From positions 16,637-80,636 of the forward strand of contig JAWCLR010000001.1 in the NCBI GenBank assembly GCA_038850615.1: a DNA stretch of 64,000 nt. The letters run 5' to 3'. The stretch comes from Candidatus Woesearchaeota archaeon (lineage in GTDB: Archaea > Nanobdellota > Nanobdellia > Woesearchaeales > ARS49). Shown in pieces: positions 19,981 to 29,879 of this stretch (positions are counted from its first letter, which is position 1; every line of letters starts with the position of its first letter). A program made the translations under genes and the position numbers. Under the pieces are notes generated by a model that was not told the DNA's origin, did not search any database, and saw only the letters and a list, made by a program, of their open reading frames with translations.

Positions 19981-20517
19981 TTATGTTGTTCCGCTGCCTG
20001 CTGCTTTTGCAGCTGCTGACCTTCTGACTCCCATCACCTTCCCCTTGTTCTTGCGGAAGTTGCTTCTTGTGCGCTGCCCCCTTACTGGCTGTCCGAGAAT
20101 GTGCCTTATGCCCTTATAGCACTTGATCTTCTTCATGGTCCTGATGTCATTCTCGATTGTGAACTGCAAATCGCCTGCGAGCAAATGCCTATGCTGTCCG
20201 GTTTCTGTGTCAAAGCACCTGTTAACCATCCATGGTGGAAGCCCTGCCTTTATCGGGTTCTTTATGATTTCCTCAACTTTTTGCAATTCTGCATCAGTGA
20301 GTGCTCCTGCTTTTTTGTTGACGTCAATGCCTGCCATCCTGCACGCCGCGTGCGCAAATGGTATTCCAACCCCTTTGATGTAGTTGAGGGCGTATGCTAT
20401 TGTTTTTTTGCCGTCAAGGTCTGTGTTTGCTATGCGGACCAGGTGCTTTATTTCCGGAGCAGATGATGCTGCCGACTGTGAGGGTGCTCCTGCCTTTGAT
20501 GTTTGTGGTTCTGCCAT
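19981..20517 (-). CDS. rps13: 30S ribosomal protein S13
   Basis: RIANTDLDG, IKGVG, GQPVRGQRTRSN. Confidence 0.97.
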   Translation of the reverse strand: MAEPQTSKAGAPSQSAASSAPEIKHLVRIANTDLDGKKTIAYALNYIKGVGIPFAHAACRMAGIDVNKKAGALTDAELQKVEEIIKNPIKAGLPPWMVNRCFDTETGQHRHLLAGDLQFTIENDIRTMKKIKCYKGIRHILGQPVRGQRTRSNFRKNKGKVMGVRRSAAAKAAGSGTT

Positions 20518-20534
20518 TTTGCGTTATTATCCCC

Positions 20535-20602
20535 GACAGAATTAAACCAGAAACTCTGGCTTAACCCTACCATCGCCCAGACATCTTTGTCAGGACTCGG
20601 GC
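20535..20602 (-). promoter_or_regulatory. Structured 5' leader of the rps13 operon
   Basis: Two hairpins on the minus strand, one a ~17-bp G-U-rich stem, between TTTATAAA (20631-20638) and the rps13 ATG. Confidence 0.5.
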
Positions 20603-20788
20603 TAATATTTCAAAAAAAGAACGCAGTCCCTTTATAAAGCTTGCGGGAAAACGGTTGATGGTTTGTCTGTGCTCCATGAGTGTTGAGGAAGCGAAGCTTT
20701 CTCAACGTGTTTGGCAGTCCTCGGCTGTAGGCATACCCAATTATTAAGATAGTTTTTTAAAGATTGTAAATGTCGATTCTCATTCAAT

Positions 20789-20860
20789 GGCGACCTTAGT
20801 ATAATGGTAGTACGGGGGACTGTGGCTCCCCAGGCTCGGGTTCGATTCCCGGAGGTCGCC
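20789..20860 (+). tRNA. tRNA-His(GTG)
   Basis: GGCGACCT/AGGTCGCC including encoded G-1:C73; anticodon arm GGGGA-CTGTGGC-TCCCC; GGTTCGATTCC. Confidence 0.95.
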
Positions 20861-20935
20861 TTCAATTCAGGGAGCAATCTCTGCAACTTAGGGACCTGCC
20901 AACGAGTGAAGTGAAATTGCCTTCCTGAAGTCGTC

Positions 20936-21448
20936 TTACAATCTCTTTTCTTTCAAGTGGGGAAAATGCTTAAACAGGTATGGCAGAACAAAAGCAACAA
21001 CATAGGTCATGCTTACGCCTAAAGGATTATGCGCAGGGGTTGGCAATTGCAATAAAATTTCCAGCTTGTTGGAAAAGTGGGCTATCAAGTAAATGTTAAT
21101 CAGCGCAAGCGCGGGTATGAATGCGCCCGCGATTATGTGTTGTCCTTCATTCAGTTTTTCTATGTAGCCAATTATTATGTTAAACAAGAGCCCGAATGTG
21201 ATTCCGACTGCAAAGACTGTGAAATAAAGCCCGAGGCCTCTGAGCAAGAGGAGGAATGGCACGAGAACCACGCTTATTATCAGGTTGCCGAATATTGCAA
21301 CCAGAAGGGCAACCCAGAACACCGAATGTTCGAGGAACTGCATTGAAGGGCTTTTGGATGCTTCTGCATGGGCAAGGATGTCTGCTGTTTTTCTGGCTTC
21401 GTTCCTGCCCCAACCTTTTTGCCTTAGTATTGTTTCGGCGTCATTCAT
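20936..21448 (-). CDS. Hypothetical multi-TM membrane protein
   Basis: About four hydrophobic segments; co-oriented with the secG-nac run. Confidence 0.75.
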   Translation of the reverse strand: MNDAETILRQKGWGRNEARKTADILAHAEASKSPSMQFLEHSVFWVALLVAIFGNLIISVVLVPFLLLLRGLGLYFTVFAVGITFGLLFNIIIGYIEKLNEGQHIIAGAFIPALALINIYLIAHFSNKLEILLQLPTPAHNPLGVSMTYVVAFVLPYLFKHFPHLKEKRL

Positions 21449-21458
21449 TGCGAATTCG

Positions 21459-21923
21459 CTACCTGCTTTCTATCATTTGTTCTATTATTGACAAAAATTC
21501 TTTGGTTTTGTGGAAGTAATCGCTTATTATGTCTATCGTTATTTCCACGTGGTTTGTGTCAAGTGCCGCTTTCATCGTGACATGCCTGCGGTATTCCTGT
21601 GCGCGGTCAAAATGCGCCTTGTCAAGTTTTCTTAAAAGGAGGTAGAAGTTGAGGTAGTGCTTGATGTTGGCATCATCAGGGTATGACTTTTTGAGCGCCT
21701 CAACCTTCAGTCTCGGCAGTGTCGGCACAGCAGGCACCTTGTTTTCCTTTTTCGCGAGGTAAAGCAGTGCGTCGATTGCTGCGTCGAGTGTTGCTATCAG
21801 GCGTTGGATTATGCTTTTCAGGACGTCAACTGTGCGGGTGTATTTGAGGCTAACATAAATGAGGTGGTCTGCCCTTTTCAATTCCTGCCTGGCACGTTCA
21901 AGTGCTTCGCGCGTACTGGTCAT
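21459..21923 (-). CDS. Hypothetical helical protein (possibly HEPN-like)
   Basis: ATGA overlap with nac; ELKRADHLIYVSLKYTRT and EYRRHVTM; fold call is a guess. Confidence 0.75.
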   Translation of the reverse strand: MTSTREALERARQELKRADHLIYVSLKYTRTVDVLKSIIQRLIATLDAAIDALLYLAKKENKVPAVPTLPRLKVEALKKSYPDDANIKHYLNFYLLLRKLDKAHFDRAQEYRRHVTMKAALDTNHVEITIDIISDYFHKTKEFLSIIEQMIESR

Positions 21924-22255
21924 GCCTTGCTTAACTCAAGGATGGCTTCGGCAAGGTCTCCTTTGTGCTTCTTGATTGCGTCAAGCGCTGTCTCACGATC
22001 GACTTTTGCCTGTTCCATCACCGTCTTTATGTCTTCCTCACTTATTGTTGGCTCCCGAAGTCTTTCCTCGGGCTCCCCTGTGACTTGGAATGAGAGCTGT
22101 CCCATCGCGTTGACTTTTGTAACATGGGGATCGCTAAAGATGAGGTCCTTATCAGGGAGCCTCATTATCACTTCGTGAACTTCCAGCTCTTCCTGTTGTA
22201 TGCCGAGGCGCTTCATCGCCTTGGCAAGGTCTTTGGGATTCATTCCTGGGAACAT
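21920..22255 (-). CDS. nac: Nascent polypeptide-associated complex protein
   Basis: MFPGMNPK..AMKRLGI; UBA-like EDIKTVMEQA..GDLAEAIL. Confidence 0.95.
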   Translation of the reverse strand: MFPGMNPKDLAKAMKRLGIQQEELEVHEVIMRLPDKDLIFSDPHVTKVNAMGQLSFQVTGEPEERLREPTISEEDIKTVMEQAKVDRETALDAIKKHKGDLAEAILELSKA

Positions 22256-22256
22256 G

Positions 22257-22433
22257 TCACAAACCAAGCAGTGTGCTTCCGTACGCGTTTAAGAGAATGA
22301 TTAACAGCATTACGACCACAGCCATAACTATTACATATGCCGGCTTTATCTCTATCTTGCTCCTGTAGTCTTCGAAATACCGCGTCAGCCCTGCGGTTGA
22401 CGCTGGCATTGACACGCGGTTCTTGTCACTCAT
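22257..22433 (-). CDS. secG: Preprotein translocase subunit SecG (Sec61-beta), 58 aa
   Basis: Not in ORF track. MSDKNRVSMPASTAGLTRYFEDYRSKIEIKPAYVIVMAVVVMLLIILLNAYGSTLLGL: AGLxRYF motif, then KxxP and one TM. Confidence 0.92.
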   Translation of the reverse strand: MSDKNRVSMPASTAGLTRYFEDYRSKIEIKPAYVIVMAVVVMLLIILLNAYGSTLLGL

Positions 22434-22485
22434 TTTCCGATTCTCCTTTTTTCCGGTTTTCCGGGTTTTGTGTTAACGAAAAGGC

Positions 22486-22880
22486 GGGTTGGGACCGCGT
22501 AAGCTTCCTTTTGTCCGCCTCCTGCAAACTCGATATCAACCGAGTTCCGAGGTTACGAGCCTCGTGGACAGGCGGTTTTGGCATTCTACTAAGCACGGGA
22601 AATTCCCGCTTGCACCAGCCAGTTCCTCGCCGTTTCACCCATTCCCAAGAGAACGTCAGTCGGTTATCTGACTCCTGTCGCCAGGAGCTTCTCGGACATC
22701 ATCCTCCTCATGGGCGGTCTCGTTTCTGTGCGGTTTGCCATCCATTGCTGGATCTCCCTTACAGGAGTGGCATTTTGCTTATAGGCTCGCAAAAGCCCAT
22801 AAGCGGTGGGAAGACTTTCCTCAGCGAATACTTGGCGCTATGCCGAAGCATTCACCGACAGCCAAAGTCGGTCCCAACCC
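22486..22880 (-). ncRNA. rnpB: RNase P RNA
   Basis: P1 GGGTTGGGACCG/CGGTCCCAACCC; GAGGAAAGTCTTCC pairs with GGAAGCTT to form P4 with the bulged U; also CACAGAAA, GGTGAAACG, GGTGCAAG and TAGAATG conserved segments. Confidence 0.93.
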
Positions 22881-22966
22881 AATAAGAGTAGTGAAATTGG
22901 TGTTTATAAACTTATCGTGCGTTCAGAAGAACAAGCTTTATATTTTGCGACTAAGGAAATAGTTGC

Positions 22967-23206
22967 ATGAACCCGCAGGAAGCATACAAAAAGCTTGTTT
23001 TGATGTACAGCAGCCGTCTTAACATTCTTTTATTTGAAATTCAAAAATTGAGGTATGATGTTGGAACTCGTGAGCCAATGCTTTCTGACAAAAAGGTTGC
23101 AAAAGCGCTTATGCTGGACTACAAGACTTTGCGTGAAAGAGTTAGGCGTTATTCTAGACTTATTGCACAAGAACAAGAATCTTCCACTCTTCCTTTCCCT
23201 GCTTGA
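22967..23206 (+). CDS. Small hypothetical protein
   Basis: 79-aa ORF after a TTTATAT box; its 3' end overlaps the convergent gene by 47 nt. Confidence 0.45.
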   Translation: MNPQEAYKKLVLMYSSRLNILLFEIQKLRYDVGTREPMLSDKKVAKALMLDYKTLRERVRRYSRLIAQEQESSTLPFPA

Positions 23207-24206
23207 TTGTTCTTTCGTGCTCTACAGAAAATTCTTTTGCTGCCTGTTTGTATTCCTCTGCCCCTTGCCTTAGCACAAGAGCTATTTTGCCGTTTTTCTT
23301 CAGAATGGCTTTTGCTCTTTCAAAGAAAAGCAGTGCTTGTTTTCTGAATTTTTCAAGTGGAAAACTGGTTGTCAACTCTGCTGGCTGCGTTACTATTAAG
23401 TCAATTGAATTCTTTTCAAATTTTAGGTCAAGCCAGTCAATTGCTGTTCTTGAGAAATCAATTGCTTTAACGACTCCTGCTATTTTTGCGTTTTTTCTTG
23501 TTGCCTGCACTGATGGGAACTGCTCTGAAATGGCTATTATCTGCCCGCTTGTTTTGTCTTTTATGGCCAAATCCTGCTTTTTGAAGAAATTTTCAAAATC
23601 GAATTCCTTGAACACCTTAAGCATTGGCATTTTGTCTTTTGAGTAATACTTGACAGGCAGCCCCAGCGCGTGCAGTGCTGCTTCTATGGCTATGCTTCCT
23701 GCTCTGCAGTTTGGGTCGAGAAGCGTCTTTTCGCCGTCGTATCCTGCCAGCTTCAGGGTGGCAAATGCTGTTATTCCTGTTATTGTTTCCCTGCCGACAA
23801 AAATCCTGTAGTCGCGCTTTGAGATGTCGCCTGTAAGGTCTATTCCAAGCCAGTAATAATCATCCTCAAAGTGCAAATAAAACGGAATATCTGCGTTCTT
23901 GTACACCTTGTTTGCCTTTATGTGTTCAGATAGCTCGTTTGCTTTTGTTGTCGTCTTGCCGTTGATTGATATCGTGCCTTTCAAGTATTGTGCAGGTATG
24001 CTTAATTCGTTGATTTTCCCTTCGCTGACAATAAGAATAACCCTCCAAACACTTTGTGCCTTGTAACAAACAGTAAAAATCTGCTCGAGTTCTGCTTCAA
24101 AAACAACCCCTTCTGCTGTTTGTTTTCCTGTTATGCCTGTTAGTTGTTTTATTTCTTCAGAACAAACATCAGAAAGCCCAGGTAGTGTTATTGCGAGCGC
24201 CTTCAT
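23160..24206 (-). CDS. THUMP-domain RNA methyltransferase-like protein (RlmL/Trm14-like, degenerate motifs)
   Basis: [34 protein letters not shown] where NPPY/NPPF is expected. Confidence 0.8.
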   Translation of the reverse strand: MKALAITLPGLSDVCSEEIKQLTGITGKQTAEGVVFEAELEQIFTVCYKAQSVWRVILIVSEGKINELSIPAQYLKGTISINGKTTTKANELSEHIKANKVYKNADIPFYLHFEDDYYWLGIDLTGDISKRDYRIFVGRETITGITAFATLKLAGYDGEKTLLDPNCRAGSIAIEAALHALGLPVKYYSKDKMPMLKVFKEFDFENFFKKQDLAIKDKTSGQIIAISEQFPSVQATRKNAKIAGVVKAIDFSRTAIDWLDLKFEKNSIDLIVTQPAELTTSFPLEKFRKQALLFFERAKAILKKNGKIALVLRQGAEEYKQAAKEFSVEHERTIKQGKEEWKILVLVQ

Positions 24207-26674
24207 TGTGCTCCATTGCCGTTTTCTTTTTCCTGGACAACTGCTATAGAAGTGACTTTGTCTCCTTCCCCAAGTTTTATTATCCTGACTCCTTGCGTGT
24301 TCCTTCCTATCTCTGAAATCTGGTTTGCTGGCACGCGTATTGCTATTCCGCTTTGTGTTATGAGGAGCAGTTGGTCGTCATCTTTTACTGTCTTTATTGC
24401 GACTGCCTTCCCGTTTTTGTCTGTTACCTTAATGTTAATGACTCCAACTCCGCCCCGCTTTATCGTACCGTATTCGTCAAATGCGGTTCTTTTTCCATAT
24501 CCGAGCTCTGTCACGGTTAATAGCGTCTTTTCTTTTTGCGCCAGCACCGCTCCAATGACCTCGTCTTTCTCCCTCAGCCGTATTCCTATGACTCCTTGTG
24601 CTGTTCTTCCCATGGGTCTCACGTCTGCCTCGTTGAACCTGATTGCGTTTCCGTTTTTGGTTGCGATTATCACGTCCTGCTTTCCATCTGTCAGTTCAAC
24701 TGCTATTAATTCATCGCCTTCTGTAAGTGTTACTGCAATTATTCCTCCTTTGCGCGGGTTTGCGAACTCTGAAAGCGGTGTTTTTTTGACCGTCCCCTGT
24801 TTTGTCACCAGGAAGAGGAATTTGTCTTCTGGGAATTCTTTTACTGGCACGCAGGTTGCGACTTTTTCCCCTTGTGCGAGTTCTACAAGGTTTACTATTG
24901 CTGTTCCTTTTGCATACCTTCCTGCTTCTGGTATCTGGTAGACCTTAAGCCAGTGTACTTTGCCAAGGTTGGTGAATAATAGCAGATAATCATGGGTGTT
25001 TGCTATGAAAAGGTCTTCTATAAAGTCTTCTTCTTTTGTTTCTGCTGCGATGACGCCTTTCCCCCCTCTTCTTTGCGCATGGTATGTGTCCACAGGCAGT
25101 CTTTTGACGTATCCTGCGTGCGTGAGCGTGACTACCATATCTTCTGGTTTTATGAGGTGTTCTTCCTCTATTTCCTTGGCTTCTGTCTGTATGATCTGTG
25201 TTTTTCTGTTGTCGCCGTAGTTCTTTGCGAGCTCCAGCATTTCATTCTTGATTATGTTGAGTATTTTTTGCGGGTCTGCAAGAATGCTCTTGAGTTCAGC
25301 AATGAGTTTTAGCAGTCCTGCGTGTTCTTCTTTTATCTTGTTCTGCTCAAGGGAGGTGAGCCTTGAGAGTTTCATTTCAAGGATTGCCTGCGCCTGCACT
25401 TCTGTAAGTTTGTAATCGGTTATGAGTCCTGCTTTTGCTGTTGCTGTGTCCTTGCTTTTTTTCAGGAATGCTATTATTGGGTCTATGTTGTTCAGGGCGA
25501 CAATGAGTCCTTCTAGGATGTGTGCTTTTTTCTCTGCTTCCTTGAGGTCAAATGCTGTCCTTTTGCGAACGACTTCCTGCCTGTGAAGAAGGAATTTTTC
25601 AAGCAATGACTTCAGGGGCATTATCTTGGGCTCGTTGTTGTCAAGGGCGAGCATTATTATTCCAAAAGTGGTCTGCAGGCGGGAGTGTTGGAATAACTGG
25701 TTCAGCACAACATCGGTATTTGCGCCTGTTTTTAGCTCAATGACTATGCGCATTCCTTCCCTGTCTGATTCATCGCGGAGGTCAGAAATTCCTTGTACTT
25801 TTTTGTCCTTGACGAGGGTTGCAATTTCCTCTATAAGTTGTGCCTTGTTTACCATGTAAGGTATTTCTGTTACGATTATTCTTTGCCTTTGCCTGAAGTC
25901 CTCTATGCTTGTTCTTGCTCTTACTGTTATTTTGCCTCTTCCTGTCGCGTATGCCTCTTTTATTCCTGATGTGCCGAGGATTATTCCTCCTGTTGGGAAG
26001 TCAGGCGCAGGAATGTCGTGCATCAAGTCAGGTGTGGCGCATTCAGGATGGTCAATCAAGTGCACAACTGCGTTGCACACTTCCTTCAAATTGTGGGGCG
26101 GTATGTTTGTTGCCATTCCGACTGCGATTCCTGCTGAGCCGTTTACAAGAAGGTTTGGGACTTTGCTTGGCAGGACTAATGGTTCCTTGAGTGATTGGTC
26201 ATAGTTTGGCCCAAAGGGGACTGTTTCTTTTTCTATGTCCTGGAGCATTTCCTCTGCGATTTTTCTCAGTCTTGCTTCTGTGTAGCGCTGTGCTGCTGCA
26301 TTGTCTCCGTCTATTGAGCCAAAGTTTCCCTGGCCGTCAAAAAGAGGGTATCTCATTGAGAAGTCTTGTGCGAGTCTTACGAGTGCGTCATAGACTGCCA
26401 TGTCGCCGTGCGGGTGGTATTTGCCGAGCACGTCTCCTACTATGCGCGCGCTTTTCTTGAATGGCTTGTTATGCAGTAATCCCATTTCGTGCATTGCAAA
26501 AAGAATTCTTCTGTGGACAGGCTTGAGCCCGTCTCGCACGTCAGGCAGGGCTCTTCCGACAATCACTGACATTGAGTAGTCGAGATAGCTTTGTTTCATC
26601 TCGTCTTCAATGACTCGTGGCACTATTCTGTTCTTGCCGTTTGTTCCATTGACTGTTTCCGTTCCGTCTGCCAT
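24203..26674 (-). CDS. gyrA: DNA gyrase subunit A
   Basis: [22 protein letters not shown], catalytic AAQRYTE, GyrA-box QRRGGKG, beta-pinwheel repeats. Confidence 0.98.
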   Translation of the reverse strand: MADGTETVNGTNGKNRIVPRVIEDEMKQSYLDYSMSVIVGRALPDVRDGLKPVHRRILFAMHEMGLLHNKPFKKSARIVGDVLGKYHPHGDMAVYDALVRLAQDFSMRYPLFDGQGNFGSIDGDNAAAQRYTEARLRKIAEEMLQDIEKETVPFGPNYDQSLKEPLVLPSKVPNLLVNGSAGIAVGMATNIPPHNLKEVCNAVVHLIDHPECATPDLMHDIPAPDFPTGGIILGTSGIKEAYATGRGKITVRARTSIEDFRQRQRIIVTEIPYMVNKAQLIEEIATLVKDKKVQGISDLRDESDREGMRIVIELKTGANTDVVLNQLFQHSRLQTTFGIIMLALDNNEPKIMPLKSLLEKFLLHRQEVVRKRTAFDLKEAEKKAHILEGLIVALNNIDPIIAFLKKSKDTATAKAGLITDYKLTEVQAQAILEMKLSRLTSLEQNKIKEEHAGLLKLIAELKSILADPQKILNIIKNEMLELAKNYGDNRKTQIIQTEAKEIEEEHLIKPEDMVVTLTHAGYVKRLPVDTYHAQRRGGKGVIAAETKEEDFIEDLFIANTHDYLLLFTNLGKVHWLKVYQIPEAGRYAKGTAIVNLVELAQGEKVATCVPVKEFPEDKFLFLVTKQGTVKKTPLSEFANPRKGGIIAVTLTEGDELIAVELTDGKQDVIIATKNGNAIRFNEADVRPMGRTAQGVIGIRLREKDEVIGAVLAQKEKTLLTVTELGYGKRTAFDEYGTIKRGGVGVINIKVTDKNGKAVAIKTVKDDDQLLLITQSGIAIRVPANQISEIGRNTQGVRIIKLGEGDKVTSIAVVQEKENGNGAQ

Positions 26675-26810
26675 GGTTTTTTGCCGTCGAGAAACTCCCC
26701 TTTTCCCGTCGATAAAACAAAATCAGGCGGGCTTTATAAGCCTTTCCTTTTTAAAACCGGTTTATAAGCCCCATAAACCTTGTTTTCAGTGGTTTTGGTT
26801 CGACGAGGAT

Positions 26811-26960
26811 TTAGAAAAGCTGTTTTACAATGCTGTTTTTTACCCTGAAATTCTTTCCGCAATAAACGCATTTCTTAATCTTATTCGTGAGTATGTTGTC
26901 TCTTGCCTCATACTTCATGTGGTGTCCGCATTTTGGGCATTTGAGTTCGAATCTTAGCAT
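26811..26960 (-). CDS. Small zinc-ribbon protein (49 aa)
   Basis: MLRFELKCPKCG...KCVYCGKNF; two CxxC pairs. Confidence 0.75.
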   Translation of the reverse strand: MLRFELKCPKCGHHMKYEARDNILTNKIKKCVYCGKNFRVKNSIVKQLF

Positions 26961-26961
26961 T

Positions 26962-27246
26962 TTAGTGGTGTTTCTTGTGTTTTTTTGGTTCTTCAGGAGG
27001 AGGAGCTCCGTGCTCTCCCTCAGCCGCTGCTTCTTCCTCTGTTTCTTCCTCAACAGGTTCTTTTTCAGCAGGCTCTTCTGCTTTCTCTTCCTCTTCAATA
27101 GGTTCCTCTGCAGGCATTTCTTCTTCTGGCCCTGGCTTTTCCCCTTCCACTATTTCTGCAACGCGGCGCTCTATTTTTTCCTCAATTTCTGGCGGCACTC
27201 CTTGCGGAAAAAGCCCTGTTGGCGTGTATTCTGTCTTGCGCGGTTT
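26962..27246 (-). other. In-frame continuation of the ScpB acidic tail beyond TAA 27247-27249
   Basis: Same frame as scpB and same E/P/K-rich composition; no ATG of its own near the 5' end. Confidence 0.6.
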
Positions 27247-28119
27247 TTACTTTGCTGCTTCTTTCTTTATCTTCTCAACTGTTAATCTTCCTTCTTCCTC
27301 TATTTCCTCTTCTTCTGGTGTTGCTTCCGGGGTTTCAACCCCCGCCTCGCTGAGAATCTTTGCCGCGAGCGCTTCTGCTGCCGCTTCCTGTGTTTTTGGC
27401 TTTTCTTCTTCTGGCTTTTTGTGCTTGTGCTTTTTCTTTGGCTTTGGCGCTTCGCCGTATGTCTCAAGCTCTCCAACCTTGCCGTCAATAACTTCTATTT
27501 CTGGCGCGAGCTTTGGCAGTTCTTCTGTCACGACCTCAACTTTTGGCGTCTTTTCCTGCGCCGCCTCAATTATTGCCTTTTGCACCTGTTCTGCTGCTTT
27601 TTCCTTTTCTTCTATTGCCTTTTCAAGCTCTGCGACGTTCCTGAATTTCTCCTTCAGTTTTTCTGGAGGCACGTCAAAATAATCAAAGAATTTGGATGTT
27701 AGTTTGATGAGCTTGCTTCTTCCTTTTTTTTCCCTCGTAATATAGCCCATTTCCTCTATTTCGTCAAGGTGTCTGTATGCCTTGTTCGTGCGTATCTTTA
27801 TGACTTGGCTTTGCATTACCGGCGCTTTGTATGCAACAACCGCAAGTGTCTCCATCATGCTTTTGGGCAGTTCAGGGGTTGTAACAACTTTTTTGACCAT
27901 TGGCACGTATTTTTCCTTGACTGTTAGCTTGTAAGCCCCTCCTTCCTCAACAAGCATAAGTGAGCTTTGTTTTTCGTCAAGCTCTTTTTTAAGGAGTTCA
28001 AGGGCTGCTTTTACCGCGTTGAGGTTTTCTTCCTTGCACAGCCTTCCGAGCTCTTCAAGTGTGAGTTTTTTGCCTGCAGAGAACAGCAATGATTCTATCT
28101 GGTTTTTTAGTTCGCTCAT
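27247..28119 (-). CDS. scpB: SMC-Scp complex subunit ScpB with long acidic tail
   Basis: IESLLFSAG, ETLAVVAYKAPV.QS, LTSKFFDYF. Confidence 0.93.
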   Translation of the reverse strand: MSELKNQIESLLFSAGKKLTLEELGRLCKEENLNAVKAALELLKKELDEKQSSLMLVEEGGAYKLTVKEKYVPMVKKVVTTPELPKSMMETLAVVAYKAPVMQSQVIKIRTNKAYRHLDEIEEMGYITREKKGRSKLIKLTSKFFDYFDVPPEKLKEKFRNVAELEKAIEEKEKAAEQVQKAIIEAAQEKTPKVEVVTEELPKLAPEIEVIDGKVGELETYGEAPKPKKKHKHKKPEEEKPKTQEAAAEALAAKILSEAGVETPEATPEEEEIEEEGRLTVEKIKKEAAK

Positions 28120-28676
28120 GGCATTGAGTAAGTGTCGCCTTCTTTTTTCAGTTTTTTCTCCTCAACAAGCTTGTTGAGGAACGGCTCGAGATTTGCGGGG
28201 TGGACTCCTACGTAGTGTGACATCTCGCTTGCTGTCTTGTGGCCGTGCTCCACCATTGCAATCAGGAACCTTCTGAATATGTTTGTCGCGTTTGCGTCCA
28301 GAATTTGCTGCTTTATCTTTCCTGCTTTGATTATTGCGTCTGCTTCGTGCAGCCTTGCCTGCAGGTCGTTCAGGAATCCGTTGAGCTTGTTCAAGGGTAT
28401 TGATAATTCTCCTGGCTCAACAACTTCCACAGAGCTTGGCATGCTCTCAAAGCAGAAGTCAAGCAGTTCTGCGAGGTCCTTGAATTTTATTTCCAACTCT
28501 GCGTGCGTGCCGAACACTTTGCCTTCATGTTCTGGTATTGCCTCTGCAATGTCTGACTTGAGTATTGTCTGTTCTTTCTTGAGCTTTTCCACGTAATCGC
28601 GCATTGTTTTCTCTATGTGTTCCTTTGGCGCTCCGAGCATTTCAATGACTACGCGTGCAAGAACTGCCTCTGCCAT
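28116..28676 (-). CDS. Conserved archaeal hypothetical protein with C-terminal wHTH-like segment
   Basis: IEMLGAPKEHI and MPSSVEVVEP; ATGA overlap with scpB. Confidence 0.75.
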   Translation of the reverse strand: MAEAVLARVVIEMLGAPKEHIEKTMRDYVEKLKKEQTILKSDIAEAIPEHEGKVFGTHAELEIKFKDLAELLDFCFESMPSSVEVVEPGELSIPLNKLNGFLNDLQARLHEADAIIKAGKIKQQILDANATNIFRRFLIAMVEHGHKTASEMSHYVGVHPANLEPFLNKLVEEKKLKKEGDTYSMP

Positions 28677-28702
28677 AAACTAACCCTGCACCTGATGGTT
28701 AT

Positions 28703-29197
28703 TTATAAGTTTTGCTTGGTGTCAAGGGCAATCTGGAGGTTGCTAAGAACATAAGTTTTGTGTTTCTCAAATTCTGTGATGTATGAGTTTTTTGCATTTT
28801 CGTGTTTTTTCCTGTCAAATGCCCAAAGGTATTCCTTGTTCTTTTTCCTCTGGCAAGGCTCTAGCACTGAGTGCTTGCTTGCAAACCAGAATGCGGGAAA
28901 TACAAGCCGCAAGGTAGCTGTGCAGTCAGGCATTCCTGCCTTGACAAGGCAGTCCTTTAGGGCTAAGCATATGTCCGGATTGCCTTTTACTGAAGTATAG
29001 CCTGCCAGCATATCGTTTTCTTTAGCTAGATTTTCTTCTGTGTTATAGTCAAGGTAAGGTATTTGCTCGTAAATTCCTCTCCAAAGCATCTCGGCAAAAG
29101 ACATCAGGGTTTTGTTGTTCTTGTGCGCTTCTTTTGCGCCAGAAATGATTTCAGTCAAAGAAATGGCCTTTGGGATTCCTATTGCGTTTTCTCTCAT
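28703..29197 (-). CDS. Hypothetical protein
   Basis: 164-aa ORF; no motif recognised. Confidence 0.6.
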   Translation of the reverse strand: MRENAIGIPKAISLTEIISGAKEAHKNNKTLMSFAEMLWRGIYEQIPYLDYNTEENLAKENDMLAGYTSVKGNPDICLALKDCLVKAGMPDCTATLRLVFPAFWFASKHSVLEPCQRKKNKEYLWAFDRKKHENAKNSYITEFEKHKTYVLSNLQIALDTKQNL

Positions 29198-29332
29198 CTA
29201 AGAGAATATGTTCTGAATAATTTGGGTATTAAAGCTTTGTCGTAGTCAGGAATACATTTTGATACCATTCCTGAGTGCTAATAAAAGTTTATGAAGCCAA
29301 GGAAAGAGCATTACCATTTGGGTGTGGGAACA

Positions 29333-29875
29333 ATGTTTGGATTTGGCAAAAAGAAAAAACCATCGCTTCCTGAACTTCCGCCGCCACCTTCTCCTCCTGA
29401 ATTCTCAATGCCAGAAGGAGACATTCCTGCAATAAGGCCTGCACAGGGTCCTGAAGAAGTTCCTGAGATTCCCACTGTAGAAGAGCGCGAAAAAAAGCCT
29501 GCTGAGCTTCCTGAAGCGCCGGTGCCTGAACTTCCTGAGGCGCCTGCTGTCGAAGAAATGCCAAAGCCTGAGGAAGAGCATCTTGTTCCTGAAACAATCA
29601 AGGAGCCTGAACCTGTGGAGGAAACAATTGAGGAGCTTGAGACTGTGCGTAGGCCTATCGGTCCTGCTTTTGTGGCTGTTGACGAGTACAGGGCGATAAT
29701 GGAGCACTCAAACAGGGTGCGCTCAAAGCTTGAGGAAGCAGGGGAATTTGTACGCCGCCTCTCTGAAATAAAGGCAGAGGAAGAAAAGACTTTTGAGAAG
29801 TGGCGCTCCCAGCTTGAGGAGATTGAGCGCAGGCTTGGTCAGATCGACAGATTTATTGCAAAGGCAAAAGGGTGA
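29333..29875 (+). CDS. Pro/Glu-rich protein with C-terminal coiled coil
   Basis: MFGFGKKKK start after a GGGTG RBS; C-terminal domain aligns with the next gene. Confidence 0.8.
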   Translation: MFGFGKKKKPSLPELPPPPSPPEFSMPEGDIPAIRPAQGPEEVPEIPTVEEREKKPAELPEAPVPELPEAPAVEEMPKPEEEHLVPETIKEPEPVEETIEELETVRRPIGPAFVAVDEYRAIMEHSNRVRSKLEEAGEFVRRLSEIKAEEEKTFEKWRSQLEEIERRLGQIDRFIAKAKG

Positions 29876-29879
29876 AAGA

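Noticed and set aside
22337..22885. 182-aa + strand ORF and 70-aa - strand ORF
   Set aside because: They overlap the RNase P RNA and secG; shadow ORFs of GC-rich structured RNA.
26975..27682. 235-aa Ser-rich + strand ORF
   Set aside because: Antisense mirror of the Glu-rich scpB tail.
29500..29550. Short direct repeats (CCTGA..CTTCCTGA)
   Set aside because: Coding repeats for ELPEAP; no spacers, so not CRISPR.
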